Below, one piece after another: positions 36,417 to 37,170 of a stretch of DNA of 37,170 nucleotides (the stretch's first letter is position 1; each line of letters opens with the position of its first letter). A model generated the notes under the pieces. That model worked only from the letters and a program-made list of their open reading frames with translations. It had not been told where the DNA came from and did not search any database. The stretch is from Pseudomonadota bacterium. Its GTDB lineage: Bacteria; Bdellovibrionota; FAC87; UBA2466. The position numbers were made by a program, and so were the translations under genes. The DNA lies in the NCBI GenBank assembly GCA_043718025.1, contig JAYSWN010000060.1:1-37170 (forward strand). The letters run 5' to 3'.

Positions 36417-37170
36417 TTGAGCAAAAAGGGTCGCGTCTTTATTACAGTAAGCCTGCTGCTTTTTTCCCAACCCGCTAGGGGCTGGGGCCCGTACGCCCAT
36501 CAGCAGATTCAGCGATTGGCCGCCCGATCGGTTTTCAATCCACTTTTTCGAAAATGGCTCCTGCGCAATGAAGCCACCGGCCTACGCATGGCCATGACCC
36601 CCGATATCGACTGGAAGGTTTTTAAACCAACTCCTTCCGATCCTGTTGCGGCGGCTATTCAGCAAGAGGCCAATCGGTTCGAAGCGCCTACTCATTTTTT
36701 CGACGCCGAGGTTTTTTCCGAAGGCGCCTTGGCCACCGGCCGTTTAAATTTTTCAAATTTGAACAAGCTCACTCGCTACAGCGAAGCCGCGCCGCTGCTC
36801 GCCCAGAGCCTTGTCGCCAATCGTCTCTTTCTCGCGCAATTTGAAACCACCCGCCATTTGATTCACTGGGATGAGCCCCTGCGCCCGCAGCTACCGGCGT
36901 TGGGGTCAGCGCCGTGGCGGGTATTGGATCTGGTGGAACACGCATTAAATTTTTTAAGCATCGGGCATGAATACGAAGCCCTTTTGTATCTCAGCACACT
37001 GGGACACTACCTCAGCGACCTGACCGTGCCGTTCCACACTTCGGCATTTTTTGATGGCACCGGCCCCGATACCAAAGGGGTTCATTTGGCATTTGAAATG
37101 AAGACACTCGACTGGATCGCAGCCAAAGAGGGAAGTGCGCGCGATTCGCAAACAGAATTGTATTCCCATT
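36417..37170 (+). CDS. Exported S1/P1 nuclease / zinc-dependent phospholipase C family protein (cut by window end; absent from ORF track)
   Basis: Hand translation from TTG 36417: signal peptide, then WGPYAH, TPD, THFFD, GSAPWRV, LGHYLSDLTVPFHT, GVHLAFE. Confidence 0.85.
   Translation, partial: MSKKGRVFITVSLLLFSQPARGWGPYAHQQIQRLAARSVFNPLFRKWLLRNEATGLRMAMTPDIDWKVFKPTPSDPVAAAIQQEANRFEAPTHFFDAEVFSEGALATGRLNFSNLNKLTRYSEAAPLLAQSLVANRLFLAQFETTRHLIHWDEPLRPQLPALGSAPWRVLDLVEHALNFLSIGHEYEALLYLSTLGHYLSDLTVPFHTSAFFDGTGPDTKGVHLAFEMKTLDWIAAKEGSARDSQTELYSH

Noticed and set aside
1..37170. KOPS (GGGNAGGG) polarity switch as proof of the terminus
   Set aside because: The few instances seen occur in both orientations on both sides, so they are uninformative.

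Overview
Bacterial chromosomal window. The TIGR02147 protein, RCC1-repeat protein and many exported hypotheticals suggest a Bdellovibrionota/Oligoflexia-like host (inference). The left ~15.5 kb is mostly housekeeping: prc, lon, RCC1-repeat protein, tRNA-Gln, HU, speD, SGNH hydrolase, flgM-fliW, lytic transglycosylase, Wzc-like protein, GT2, scoAB, arfB and a lipoprotein. At ~15.7 kb a 28-bp dif-like site (11-6-11) lies just upstream of a lone tyrosine recombinase, recalling the XerS/difSL arrangement. The right ~21 kb is accessory. It holds a 186-bp MITE with nested REP-like hairpins and a set of signal-peptide proteins carrying normally cytoplasmic enzyme folds (HD domain, IQM-like domain, a paralogous kinase/pseudokinase pair) that share a lone-Cys motif after the signal peptide. 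It also holds radical SAM, methyltransferase and GT-C-like genes interleaved with gene relics, an IS481 end with three 25-bp repeats beside tRNA-Met, a TIGR02147 protein, and an S1/P1-nuclease/Zn-PLC gene cut by the window edge. All calls are from visual motif recognition; no searches were run.
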